This document shows positions 1-19,414 of a stretch of DNA of 64,000 bases, one piece after another. Below the pieces are notes generated by a model, which searched no databases, was not told the DNA's origin, and worked only from the letters and a program-made list of their open reading frames with translations. The stretch lies in assembly GCF_009914755.1 (NCBI RefSeq), contig NC_060928.1; one strand, 5' to 3'. Within the stretch, counting starts at the first letter, position 1. Every line of letters starts with the position of its first letter. The translations under genes and the position numbers were made by a program. This DNA comes from the human T2T-CHM13v2.0 reference genome, Homo sapiens.

Positions 1-451
1 GCATACAAATGCCTAATTTATGAGGCAATGAGATTTTAATTATCAGAAGAAAAATAAAGACTAAAAGAACATACAATTACAGTCCCTCATCATAATAACA
101 AATACAAAAAAGCAGAGGATCTACTTCTCCATACTCATGTGCTTTTACTGTAAATGGAAATAACCAAAAGCTTTGTTAAGTTTTTATAGCAGAAATGAAT
201 GGAGGAAAGGCTATTTTGTTAGACAGGAAGTGCTAGGCTTCTATCCTGTGTTGTTTGGAGGAGATAATTGACTGAAGGGAAGAGCAGGAATAAGGAAAAT
301 GATCATCTACAGGGGGGCTATAGAAAACCAGAATACTTCAAGATGGCCATACCTTAAAAGAAAATTCACTATTTCTGCTAGCCTTTACTACATGAAAACT
401 ATAATGATTAACTCCAACACTATCTGTCAATTTTAAATGTTAGGCAAATGC

Positions 452-4670
<4,219 letters not shown>

Positions 4671-4699
4671 CAGAGAAGGTGGACTACATCAGTATTTAA

Positions 4700-5312
4700 C
4701 ACTTCTGTGAATGTGAATCACAGGATACATTTAGCACACTGAATAGAAGAGTCCTGGAATGGGAGAAAATATTTACAAATCATATATTGGATAAGGGGCT
4801 AACATTCAGAGTATATAAAGAATTCCTACAACTCAACAACAAAAAATCCAACTAATAAATGGGCAATGGTCTTGAACAAACACTTCTCCAAAGAAGATAT
4901 ACAAATGGACAGAAAGCACAAGAAACATGTTCAACATCACTAATCATTAAGAAGATGCAAATCAAAACAAGATACCATCTCATCCACTAGGATGACTACT
5001 ATCCAAAAGAAAGTTAACGTTGGCAAGGATGTGAAAAAATTGGAACCCTGACTGTTGTTGAGAATGTAAATAAAATGGTACGGCTGCTATGGAAAACAGT
5101 ATGGCAATTTTCCAAAAAATTAAAAAATTAAAAAGAAAATCATAATATGATCCAGCAATTTCACTTCTGGATATATACCCAAAAGGACTAAAAGCAGGAT
5201 CTTGAAGAGATATTTGCACACCCATATTGACAGCAGCACTATTCACAACAGCCAAGAGGTGGAAGCAACCCAAATGTCCATCGACAGATAAATGGCTAAA
5301 CAAAATGTGGTA
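4700..5312 (+). mobile_element. Old L1M(B) 3' fragment, continuing ~7100-7445
   Basis: L1 3' motifs (atgatccagcaattt, cagcactattcacaa, gggtatagagtttc) split by Alus and an LTR. Confidence 0.8.
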
Positions 5313-7100
<1,788 letters not shown>

Positions 7101-7533
7101 AATACATATAATGAACTATACAGCCTTTAAATAAAAGGAAATTATCACAAGTGCAACATGAACCAACTTGAGGACATTGAGTGAAATAATCTCATCACAA
7201 GAAAAAAAATACTATATAATTCCATTTATATGAGCTATCTAGAATAGTCAAATTCCAAGAAACAAAGTTTGCTAGGGCTTGGGGGATGGGAAAATAGGGA
7301 GTTGTTTAATGGGTATAGAGTTTCTCTTTTGCAAGATGAAAATGTTCTAGGGATTGGTTGCACAACAATGTGGATATACTTAAGGCTATTGAACTTAGAT
7401 ATGGTAACACGGTAAATTTATGTCACGTATTTTTTAGCACAATAAAGATAATTTCAGAGGCAATGAAAGTAAATGAAGTAAATGAAGTTAAAATATGACA
7501 TCTGATCTGAATTGTTAAAATTATGTATTTCTA

Positions 7534-7665
<132 letters not shown>

Positions 7666-8879
7666 TTATCTCATTACATGTGGATCTTAAGTGTCAACAG
7701 TTTTATTCTCTAGTTATGAAAATGATGTGATAGAGGTAGAATTTACCAATATTGATTCTGCTACACTAATTTATCTATGAATAAGCATTATTTTTTTGAA
7801 TTTCCATGGATTGTATATATGCATTATTGTATACAGAAATTTGGGAAACAGTATAGTTTTAAAAGAGGAAACTTTTTGCAAGGCAATTATTTTGCTACCA
7901 TTGACATGCACAGATTTATTAATCAAGAGTGTTGCAATTTGTAAAAATGAATAAATTACGTCAAGATAAATCAAATAAACTAGCTACAACTAGATCCCCC
8001 GTAGCTACTAAGTACTAAAAAATAATAACTGTCATCATTATAACATGCTCTACTTGATGACAGCAAATTAAATTGCTGCAGGAAGCTCTTTTGGCTTCCT
8101 ACTTCAGAAAACAGGAATGATACCAGGAAGGTTTAACGTAACCTAAGACATTTTCAGCCCTGGGACCTCCTAAATGGGTTACCAGATAAATTTTATCAGC
8201 AGACCAAAGAGAGACCATGACTCCCCAGACTTAAGTGATCTTTTGGATAAGCGTCTGATCTGGACCAAAGGCATGTATACTAAGTAGATATCTTACCTCC
8301 ATTAGGTGACACATGAGTCTATATACTCATTACATTTTCACACACACAATAGAAAGAGTTAACAAGTTCACCTTAACGTGAGCATTATCTTTTCAAATAA
8401 TCAAGACATGCAGAACAGACAAAATGCCTTCTTATGTTCCAAGATTAATTTCTTAAAAATAAGCCTTAGAACTGTCAAATTAGTCTTCAAAAAAGAAACT
8501 TTTTTTTTTCAAACGTGATATGGTTGGGAGTGGTAAAGAGGAAAGGAAGAAGAGAAACAATGTTTTTAGATGTATTATATGCCAAACATATTAGTTCCTA
8601 ATATATTTAAAGTGTTTAACACTATATATGTCATTCCATATAAACAAACCTCTTCTGAGTCAAAGGAGATAAGAAAAAAATAAAAATAATGTAGCTTACC
8701 TGAGAAAAATACCAGAACCCTAGATGCCCATACTTTGAAATCAATATACTAGAATTTGAATAAAAAACCAGATATATCTAAGTTAGGGAATCAAGAAGTA
8801 AATTATTTGATTCTAAAAAAATAATAAAATTGTTTGAGTGACTGATTTAGAGCTCAGACAAAATCTTTCTTCTTTTAAT

Positions 8880-9810
8880 GACAAATGACAATTATTAAAT
8901 ATTGAAAGGATAAAATTAGAAAATAATAATTTAATGGCCACTTTCTATGCTATAATGGAAGGATCATCAATGGATGCTAAAACAACTGACTGGAAGATTG
9001 TTAAGGAGAGGATAGTCAAAGGCCCTCAAATGTCACCCCAGTGTCTGCTTACTAATTACAAAATGGAACATGAACCTTTATAATTGAAAGATATAGCAGT
9101 CACCCTCTTAACAAGTGGTCATGTTTGGCATTCCCAGTAGTGGGATGTCCTGGCATCCTGTACCTTTTGATGTAATGTAGTGGGGTGTTCTCAACATAAC
9201 CCATGTGATATTCTTGCCAGAAATGTTTGACCAGGATCTATTTTGAAATAAACAGTCCATAAATCCAGAATATTAGATGTTCTGCAGAAAACCTGACCTA
9301 GACTCTTCAAAGATTTTAATGGTGACAAGAAAGAGATAGGTCAAAGGATAGTTTTAGGTTAGGGGAGTCTAAAAAGACCTAACAACAAATGCATAAACAT
9401 TGATTATCTCCTGCATATGGCTCCTGGTTTTTTTTATTTTTGTTTTTTTAAAGAATATAAGGTATATTTTTGGAACAATTGGAAAAACTTGAGTATTAAC
9501 TATGTATTGCATGATATTCTTGAATTAATATTGTATTTCTAGTTGTAACAGTGATGGAGTTGCGTAAAAGAATTTCTTTGTTCTTGGGAGGTGCAAGCTG
9601 CAATTAAGTACTTGGGACAAAGTATCACAATGTCTGCAACCTACTTTTGGGTAGTTTGGCAAAAGAGGTGCGTGTGGGTGTGTATGTACCTGCCGAAAGA
9701 TTTCGGCAGTGTGGAAAAGGCTAACAGTTAGTGACAGGATATACAGGTGTTCGTGATTTTTTCATCTTTTCTATAGATTTAACATTTTTCAAAATAAAAA
9801 GATTTACTTT
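8880..9810 (+). mobile_element. Ancient L1ME/L1MC 3' fragment
   Basis: Motifs atcacaatgtctgcaacctac, atacaggtgttcgtg...tttttcaaaataaaaag typical of old L1 3' ends. Confidence 0.55.
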
Positions 9811-10287
9811 TTCCTTTTTTAATTAAAAAAGTATAACTTCAATGAAAAAAATTATCTTTCTACCTTGTTGGAGACAGTAGAAATATAGGAGAATGCAACT
9901 GTCCTTCAATCAAGTGACCATATTTATTACATTTTCTTAGCTTTGATGATTCAGACAAATATGTCACATATCTGATTGAATTTCCAGAGGCTTCTTTCTT
10001 GTATGACCGGGTACAAAAAGGAATGCTGCATTTCTAAGATGATTTGCTTAACTTTTAAAATTCCTTTCTATAATCACTGCTGCATTCTGGCATTAGTTCC
10101 CCATTTGAGATTTTCCTTCCAGTAAAACTGTAGTACTACAGTTTTATCCTGTTCAACATTTCTATTACAAACTGAAATACTCCAAATGATAGCATGCTTG
10201 TCAAACTTGTGACTTAAAAACTAAAAGGAATACACAATATAGTGGAGTGAACTGATCAGCAAAATGAGTTAGATAAAATTTAACAAC

Positions 10288-12874
<2,587 letters not shown>

Positions 12875-13422
12875 TTGCATAAACTCTGTTTAGTAAATCG
12901 AGGACCAGAGAAATACATTTGCCAAAGGGTTTTGAGTTAGAGTGCTCACAAAAGGTTGGTGCTTAAGGGGAACAAATGAGTAAAAATTATTATGGTCATA
13001 GACAGCTGAAGTTTAACTGAATTTATTAATTTACCTGAGGTAATTATTATGTATATTTCAAATAAAATAGTAATTCCGTTTTCCTAAAGGTAAAAATACA
13101 TTAGGTATACATTCCCGAGTCACTGCCCATAAACTAGGATCAGAACAACCAGAATTATAAGGATCAAAATACTGACGTTATTCCTTTAATGCCTTAAAAT
13201 TAGTCTTTCTTTGTACATTTGGCATAGGACAAAGGCGAGCTCATTTTGGACAGATTTGTTAAACTATCAAGAGGTTGTCAGGCAATTAGGCAGCAGGTCA
13301 TTACTAAGACCGATACCTTCAAGTATCTATTAAAACCATCATTTTGAAACTGTGAAATCTGGAAAGTGATCAGCTACAAAGGGCCAAATATGGAATGCAG
13401 AAGATACAGAATGTGGTGGCTT

Positions 13423-14843
13423 TGTGTCCGGGATTGGTGGGTTCTTGGTCTCACTGACTTCAAGAATGAAGCTGCGGACCCTCGCGGTGAGTGTTACCAG
13501 CTCTTAAGGTGGCACGTCTGGAGTTTGTTCCTTCTGATGCTCAGATGTGTTCAGAGTTTCTTCCTTCTGGTGGGTTCGTGGTCTCGCTGGCTCAAGAGCG
13601 AAGCTGCAGACCTTCGTGGTGAGTGTTACAACTCTTAAGGCGGCGCGTCTGGAGTTGTTCGTTCCTCCCCGTGGTCTCGCTGGCTTCAGGAGTGAAACTG
13701 CAGACCTTCGCGGTGAGTGTTACGGCTCATAAAAGCCGTATGGTCCCAAAGAGTGAGCAGTAGCAAGATTTATCGCAAAGAGCGAAAAAACAAAGCTTCC
13801 ACACTGTGGAAAGGGACCTCAGCGGGTTGCCACTACTGGTGGGCAGCCTGCTTTTATTCTCTTATCTGGCCCCACCCACATCCTGCTGATTGGTAGAGCC
13901 GAGTAGTCTGTTTTGACAGGGCGCTGATTGGTGCGTTTACAATCCCTGAGCTAGACACAAAGGTTCTCCACGTCCCCACTAGATTAACTAGATACAGAGT
14001 GTTGACAGAAAGGTTCTCCAAGGCCCCACCAGAGTAGCTAGATACAGAGTGTCGACTGGTGCATTCACAAACCCTGAGCTAGACACAGGGTGCTGATTGG
14101 TGTGTTTACAAACCTTGAGCTAGATACAGAGTGCCGATTGGTGTAGTTACAATCCCTGAGCTAGACATAAACGTTCTCCACGTCTCCACCAGACTCAGGA
14201 GCCCAGCTGGCTTCGCCCAGTGGATCCCGCACCGGGGCTGCAGGTGGAGCTGCCTGCCAGTCCCGCGCCGTGCACCCGCACTCCTCAGCCCTTGGGTGGT
14301 CGATGGGACTAGGCACCGTGGAGTAGGGAGCGGCGCTCATCGGGGAGGCTCGGGCCGCACAGGAGCCCACGGAGTGGGTGGGAGGCTCAGGCATGGCGGG
14401 CTGCAGGTCCCGAGCCCTGCCCCGCGGGAAGGCAGCTAAGGCCCGGCGAGAAATCGAGCGCAGCGCCAGTGGGCTGGCACTGCTGGGGGACCCAGCACAC
14501 CCTCCGCAGCCGCTGGCCCGGGTGCTAAGCCCCTCATTGCCCGGGGCCGGCAGGGCCGGCCTGCTGCTCCCAGTGCGGGGCCCGCCAAGCCCACGCCCAC
14601 TCGGAACTCCAGCTGGCCCGCAAGCGCGGCGCGCAGCCCCGGTTCCCGCTCACGCCTCTCCCACCACACCTCCCTGCAAGCTGAGGGAGCCGGCTCCCAC
14701 CTTGGCCAGCCCAGAAAGGGGCTCCCACAGTGCAGCGGTGGGCTGAAGGGCTCCTCAAGTGCCGCCAAAGTGGGAGCCCAGGCAGAGGAGGCCTGGAGAG
14801 CGAGCAAGGGCTGTGAGGACTGCCAGCACGCTGTCACCTCTCA
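13423..14843 (-). mobile_element. Solo LTR12C (ERV9 LTR), full length, sense to MFSD8
   Basis: Minus strand begins TGAGAGGTGACAGCGTGCTGGCAG and ends ...CCGGACACA; tandem CCAAT-containing repeats ~13885-14170; 4-bp TSD GCTT at 13419-13422 and 14844-14847. Confidence 0.93.
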
Positions 14844-15113
14844 GCTTGGGTGCTGCAACAGGCAAAGCAGCAGCCTGGGTTTCTCCAGCCCCGTCACTCG
14901 AACCCACGGGCTCATCACCGCACGGTGCGGCCAGACGCCCTTTCTCCTACGTTGGGAGCGAATCTCCTCGGCTCACACAACCCAGCCACCGGCTCCCACC
15001 GCGCTGGAACCCCTCTGGCAGCGAGGGTTTGTCCCAGTGCGGGTGACGCCCGGAAAGGAACCAGTCCCAACAGCGCAGGAGACTGAGGGGTCCCTCCACC
15101 AGGATCCGCTCAC

Positions 15114-15175
15114 CTGCTTCCAGGTGTGTCGCCTAAGAGCGGCTCCTGTTCACTTTCGTTCCGCAGGCCGGCCAT
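15114..15175 (-). CDS. MFSD8: MFSD8 (CLN7) first coding exon, MAGLRNESEQEPLLGDTPGS(R); 62 nt, includes the EQEPLL dileucine lysosomal sorting motif
   Basis: ATG at 15175-15173 in strong context (actATGG); translation recognised as the MFSD8 N-terminus; donor CAG|gtgagc after 15114; phase 2 joins the 7633 exon in frame. Confidence 0.97.
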
Positions 15176-15250
15176 AGTTACACTCCCTACAAGGCGTCTT
15201 GCGCCCAACTCTCGCGACACCTGCTTTCTCCCATCCCGGGTGGCGTGAAG
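15176..15250 (-). other. MFSD8: MFSD8 5'UTR part of the ATG-containing exon
   Basis: Minus-strand acceptor ggcttgttttgccag| before 15250, 75 nt upstream of the ATG; some transcripts may instead initiate inside this stretch. Confidence 0.7.
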
Positions 15251-15439
15251 CTGGCAAAACAAGCCTGTAAGTGCGCGTGCGCACCTGACGGTCAGACGTA
15301 GGCGGAACGCCCCGAGGTCATAGGCGGGGTCACGCGGAAGGCCGGGCAGCGCAGGGCGAAAGGAGGCTGTGTCCTCAGCCTCCTCCCTCGGCACGCGCCT
15401 CCCATCCTGACGGGGACTGAGAGCCCAGGAGAGCTCGGG

Positions 15440-15648
15440 GCGTGTCCAAACTGCCGCGCCGCCCTGCTCCGGGTTTGTCTTCCTCCCTCCGTTTCTCCTT
15501 CCGCTGTATCTAGCATTTCGGTTCCTGGAAAGGTTACCGGAGCTGCGATTGGGGCTGGGACCAAAGTTGAGTCCTGGAAAGGGAGCCTGGAGAGCGGCGG
15601 TGCTGGGAGGCCCGGCCAGCTCGATCGCAGGCTTCCACCTGGCGGCCA
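15440..15648 (+). other. ABHD18: ABHD18 non-coding exon 1 (5' boundary/TSS approximate)
   Basis: Donor CCA|gtaagt at 15649 inside the CpG island; the ATG-containing exon at 32976 begins at an acceptor and so needs an upstream exon. Confidence 0.75.
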
Positions 15649-15938
15649 GTAAGTAGCCGGTCCGGTTAAGTAGTAGGTGCGCTAAGAGCTCCCCGCGCCT
15701 CTTAGCGCGCCGTGTACGCGCCTGGAGGCAGGGACCGGGGACGCGGAGCTGGGCGGGAGACTCGCGGGTCAGGGACGCGGGGTGAGGCTGGGGGTGAGAG
15801 ACAAGGCTGGAGTCCGTGGCGCGCTTCGGAGGGCTGAGATAATGGGGGCGAGCGCGCGGGCAGTCCCTTCCCCCCGTGAAAGGTAGAGGTGGCTTCCAGC
15901 TCTCTTCTCTAGCTCGGCTAAATGCAAAGGCGCCTTAC

Positions 15939-16030
15939 CTGGAGGGCTTGTCAGAGCCAGGACTGAAGGTGGGATCTGCTGCTTGTAACCTGCAGGTCCC
16001 CGGATGCGCACCCCAACGGCGCCTGCGCCT
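15939..16030 (-). other. MFSD8: Probable MFSD8 upstream non-coding exon (5' boundary approximate)
   Basis: Strong minus-strand donor CAG|gtaagg after 15939 at the CpG-island edge, able to pair with the acceptor at 15250; consistent with recalled MFSD8 isoforms having a non-coding first exon. Confidence 0.65.
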
Positions 16031-16619
16031 ACGGGGGCCTCAGCCTTGCAAAATGTCACTCAGCAGAGCCTGCTGCTGAAACGTGGGAGTTGAAAAAGGT
16101 ACAGCACCTGCCTAGCAATGACCAGCTCCTTTCGTCACAAGGAAGATGACATTTTTAGAAAACATGTCATGGGTTTTCACTAGATCTCCATGTTTATTTC
16201 TTGGTGGTTATGTATTAACATCTTATCTCTACTATTAGGCTTGTAGGCTAGCTGGCGTCAGTAGTCATTCTGTGTCTCATAAATTACCGTTTTATTAGCG
16301 CCAGATACATTGTCATGTAATTTCATTTGATCACAAGTATCCTATGAGATAGGCGAAGCAGACACATTGCTAGTTTACTGAAAATTAAGATCCAGACAAG
16401 TTAACCCAGAGTCACTCTGTGTGGAAGTGGCAAAGTTGGAAACCAAACTTAATTTTTTTAAATTAATATTTATGAGCATTTACCCTATGCTAGGTCCTAT
16501 ACTAGTTACACAGTCATGTATGGTATATGCCATCACTTCTGATCTTTGTGTCATTTGTGACCTTGTGTGTATCAGCCAGGCGCAGTTCACTGGTGAACAC
16601 CTAAACTTGAAACGTGCGG

Positions 16620-16957
<338 letters not shown>

Positions 16958-17975
16958 TCAGAAATATCTTCTAAATCAAGACCTGATATTTTGTACTTGG
17001 ATTCAGTCTTGCAGATTCATTTGTAACAGCTCACAAAAACAAGTCAGATTTGTATTATTGGTTCCAAAAAGACACATAGGTAGAAAAGTTAGTATTTTCT
17101 TGCCATAATGTCGCTTTATTATATTGTCTTTTTTAATTCCTGGGGGCTAGCAATGTATGGCACATATATAGTGGACAAGGGGATTTTTAACCAGTATAGC
17201 AGTAAGCAGAATGGCTCCTAGATAAATATATGTTGGATGAATGCTCATTGAATTACTTCATCTCATCCTTACAACAATCCTCTGAGGGGGGAATTGTCTC
17301 ATGTGTACAAGGAAATGGAAGGCAGGGAGATTAAGTAACTTGCCTAGGATCATACTACTAACAAGCAACAGAGCTAGAATTCAAGAAATGCAGGACTCCT
17401 GATCCTAAGCCTGTGCTCTTTACCACCAGGCTTCTTATGGGAAAAAATGGCAAAGCGGCAAGAAGAATCTTTCCTTATATCTCATAAAAATATATAGTAG
17501 ATATTCAGTTTTTATCTAAGTGAAATAATTGGCTATCATGTATCAGGGCAGATATTACTTTCTGTTTATAGGTTAAGGTGGCTTACTCAAGGTCACACAG
17601 CTGGTAGAGGAATCCCAGCCCTCTGACACTGCTCTTTTCCATTGGTGCCTCCAAGTGATGACTTCAGACCACAAAAGCATATGGAATGAGTACATATACA
17701 GCTGGTGAAATCTAAGTAAGCTTAGTGTATTGTACCAGTAGGAAAAAAAAAAAAAAAAAAATGTCTCTTAGGAACACACACATAGCATCCAAAGTAAACA
17801 TTTAAACATATATATATATGTAATTTTTTTTTATAAAGCCCATGGAAAAGAGGAGCTAAATTTGAAGAGATTAGATTATTTCCCGAATGTTTCACACAAG
17901 AATATGAGACTCCATTTGGTGCATTTCCTTAGGTGACTGCCCAGGATATTTACCCACACCCCTTTCAAACAAACA

Positions 17976-18263
17976 GCCGGGCGCGGTGGCTCACGCTTGT
18001 AATCCCAGCACTTTGGGAGGCCGAGGCGGGCGGATCACGAGGTCAGGAGGTCGAGACCACGGTGAAACCCCGTCTCTACTAAAAATACAAAAAAGTAGCC
18101 GGGCGTGGTGACGGGCGCCTGTAGTCCCAGCTACTCGGAGAGGCTGAGGCAGGAGAATGGGGTGAACCCGGGAGGCGGAGCTTGTAGTGAGCCGAGATTG
18201 CGCCACTGCACTACAGCCTGGGCGACAGAGCGAGACTCCGTCTCAAAAAATAAACAAACAAAC
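17976..18263 (+). mobile_element. AluYd-lineage element (12-bp left-arm deletion)
   Basis: gagacca|cggtgaaacc lacks tcctggctaaca; also cacgcTtgt and ctcggAgagg variants; CpG-rich, so young. Confidence 0.8.
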
Positions 18264-19255
18264 ATCCTATTTTCTTACTCTTGTTCAGTGTAAGAGTAAG
18301 GAATTATATTTGTTGAATTATATTTGTGAAGCTAGGGAAGTAGATTTTAACAGTGGATATCTGAGGTATCTAAACCCTTTCTTAGCTACTTAAACTTGTA
18401 TAGACATTATTTAGAAGTGAAATTACAAGATAAAATTTAAAGTCTTCTTTTTTAGGTAAGGGAATAAGTTCTTGTACATGGTGATATTTTTTAAATTTTC
18501 ATTTATGCCTTTGAGATATGTATCACCAATGTAAGGATAAAAGTCCAGAAAAAATTAGTATTGCATTGTTAAATGCTTAGGTACCCAAATGACAGGAAAT
18601 AAAAGCACTAGATAGCATAATAAATGATGAGTGTCACTTTAGCAATAGAACTCATTTCTAGGAAAGACTTTTTAGTTCTTGGCACTGTACTAGAACTTCT
18701 ATTTTTGTTTCCCTTTGCTTTTCCCTTTCACATTGATAACTGTGTCATTTTAGCTTGATATATACTTCAAAAATAGGTTCTATTTCTGCAGAAGCTCATT
18801 GTTGTCTGTCCAGCCTGAAGTGGGGACTTTTAAGTATCTGGCATGACTCCAGATGGTGCCTTATTTTGGTGATTTGGAGTTACGTTCACCCTGGGCTTGG
18901 ATTTTTATCTGTTCATGGTGGCACTAGATACCCTGGACCCAGCCAACCCTGTCTAGAAAGACTTACGTGTTTAGAGAGTTCCACAAAAACTGTCTTTTAT
19001 GTTGTTCTTGGAGCTGAAATGGGATTTAAGAAGATTTGTATGACCCCAAACCCCAGAACCAAATTTATACTAACCTATATGTGCGTTTGATTTACTTTCT
19101 TTTCCTCATTTATTAGTTGTTTATTAGTAGGTAAATATAGTAAGGAATATGCTGTGTCTAAGTTTGGAGTGCTGACTTTTGTGGCCTGTTATGCAGGGAA
19201 TTAAAGTGATTTGGGAAGGTTTTCTTTTTTTCTTTTTTCTTTTTTTTTTTTTTGA

Positions 19256-19414
<159 letters not shown>

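Larger units (their letters stand above)
14230..16040. promoter_or_regulatory. CpG island and bidirectional promoter of MFSD8/ABHD18 (left part contributed by the LTR12C 5' GC-rich region)
   Basis: High GC and CpG density against an AT-rich background; divergent first exons; motifs: NRF1-like TGCGCGTGCGCA 15272-15283, BANP/ZBTB33-type TCTCGCGA 15210-15217, CLEAR/E-box-like GTCACGCG 15329-15336, ETS GCGGAAG 15334-15340, GC boxes. Confidence 0.9.

Noticed and set aside
241-360. Searched for the next MFSD8 exon (GFSVVMMSIWPYLQK)
   Set aside because: No matching sequence on the minus strand; the exon must lie left of position 1
13885-14170. Regularly spaced repeats resembling a CRISPR-like array
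   Set aside because: These are the ordinary CCAAT/GATA tandem enhancer repeats of LTR12; the DNA is eukaryotic and there are no unique spacers
14131-15177. Overlapping GC-rich ORFs of 74-135 aa
   Set aside because: Expected stop-codon depletion in LTR12C and CpG-island sequence; no recognisable domain
15176-15394. In-frame N-terminal extension of MFSD8 suggested by ORF 15110-15394
   Set aside because: Begins at GTG in the promoter, crosses the 15250 acceptor, and the true ATG has a strong Kozak context
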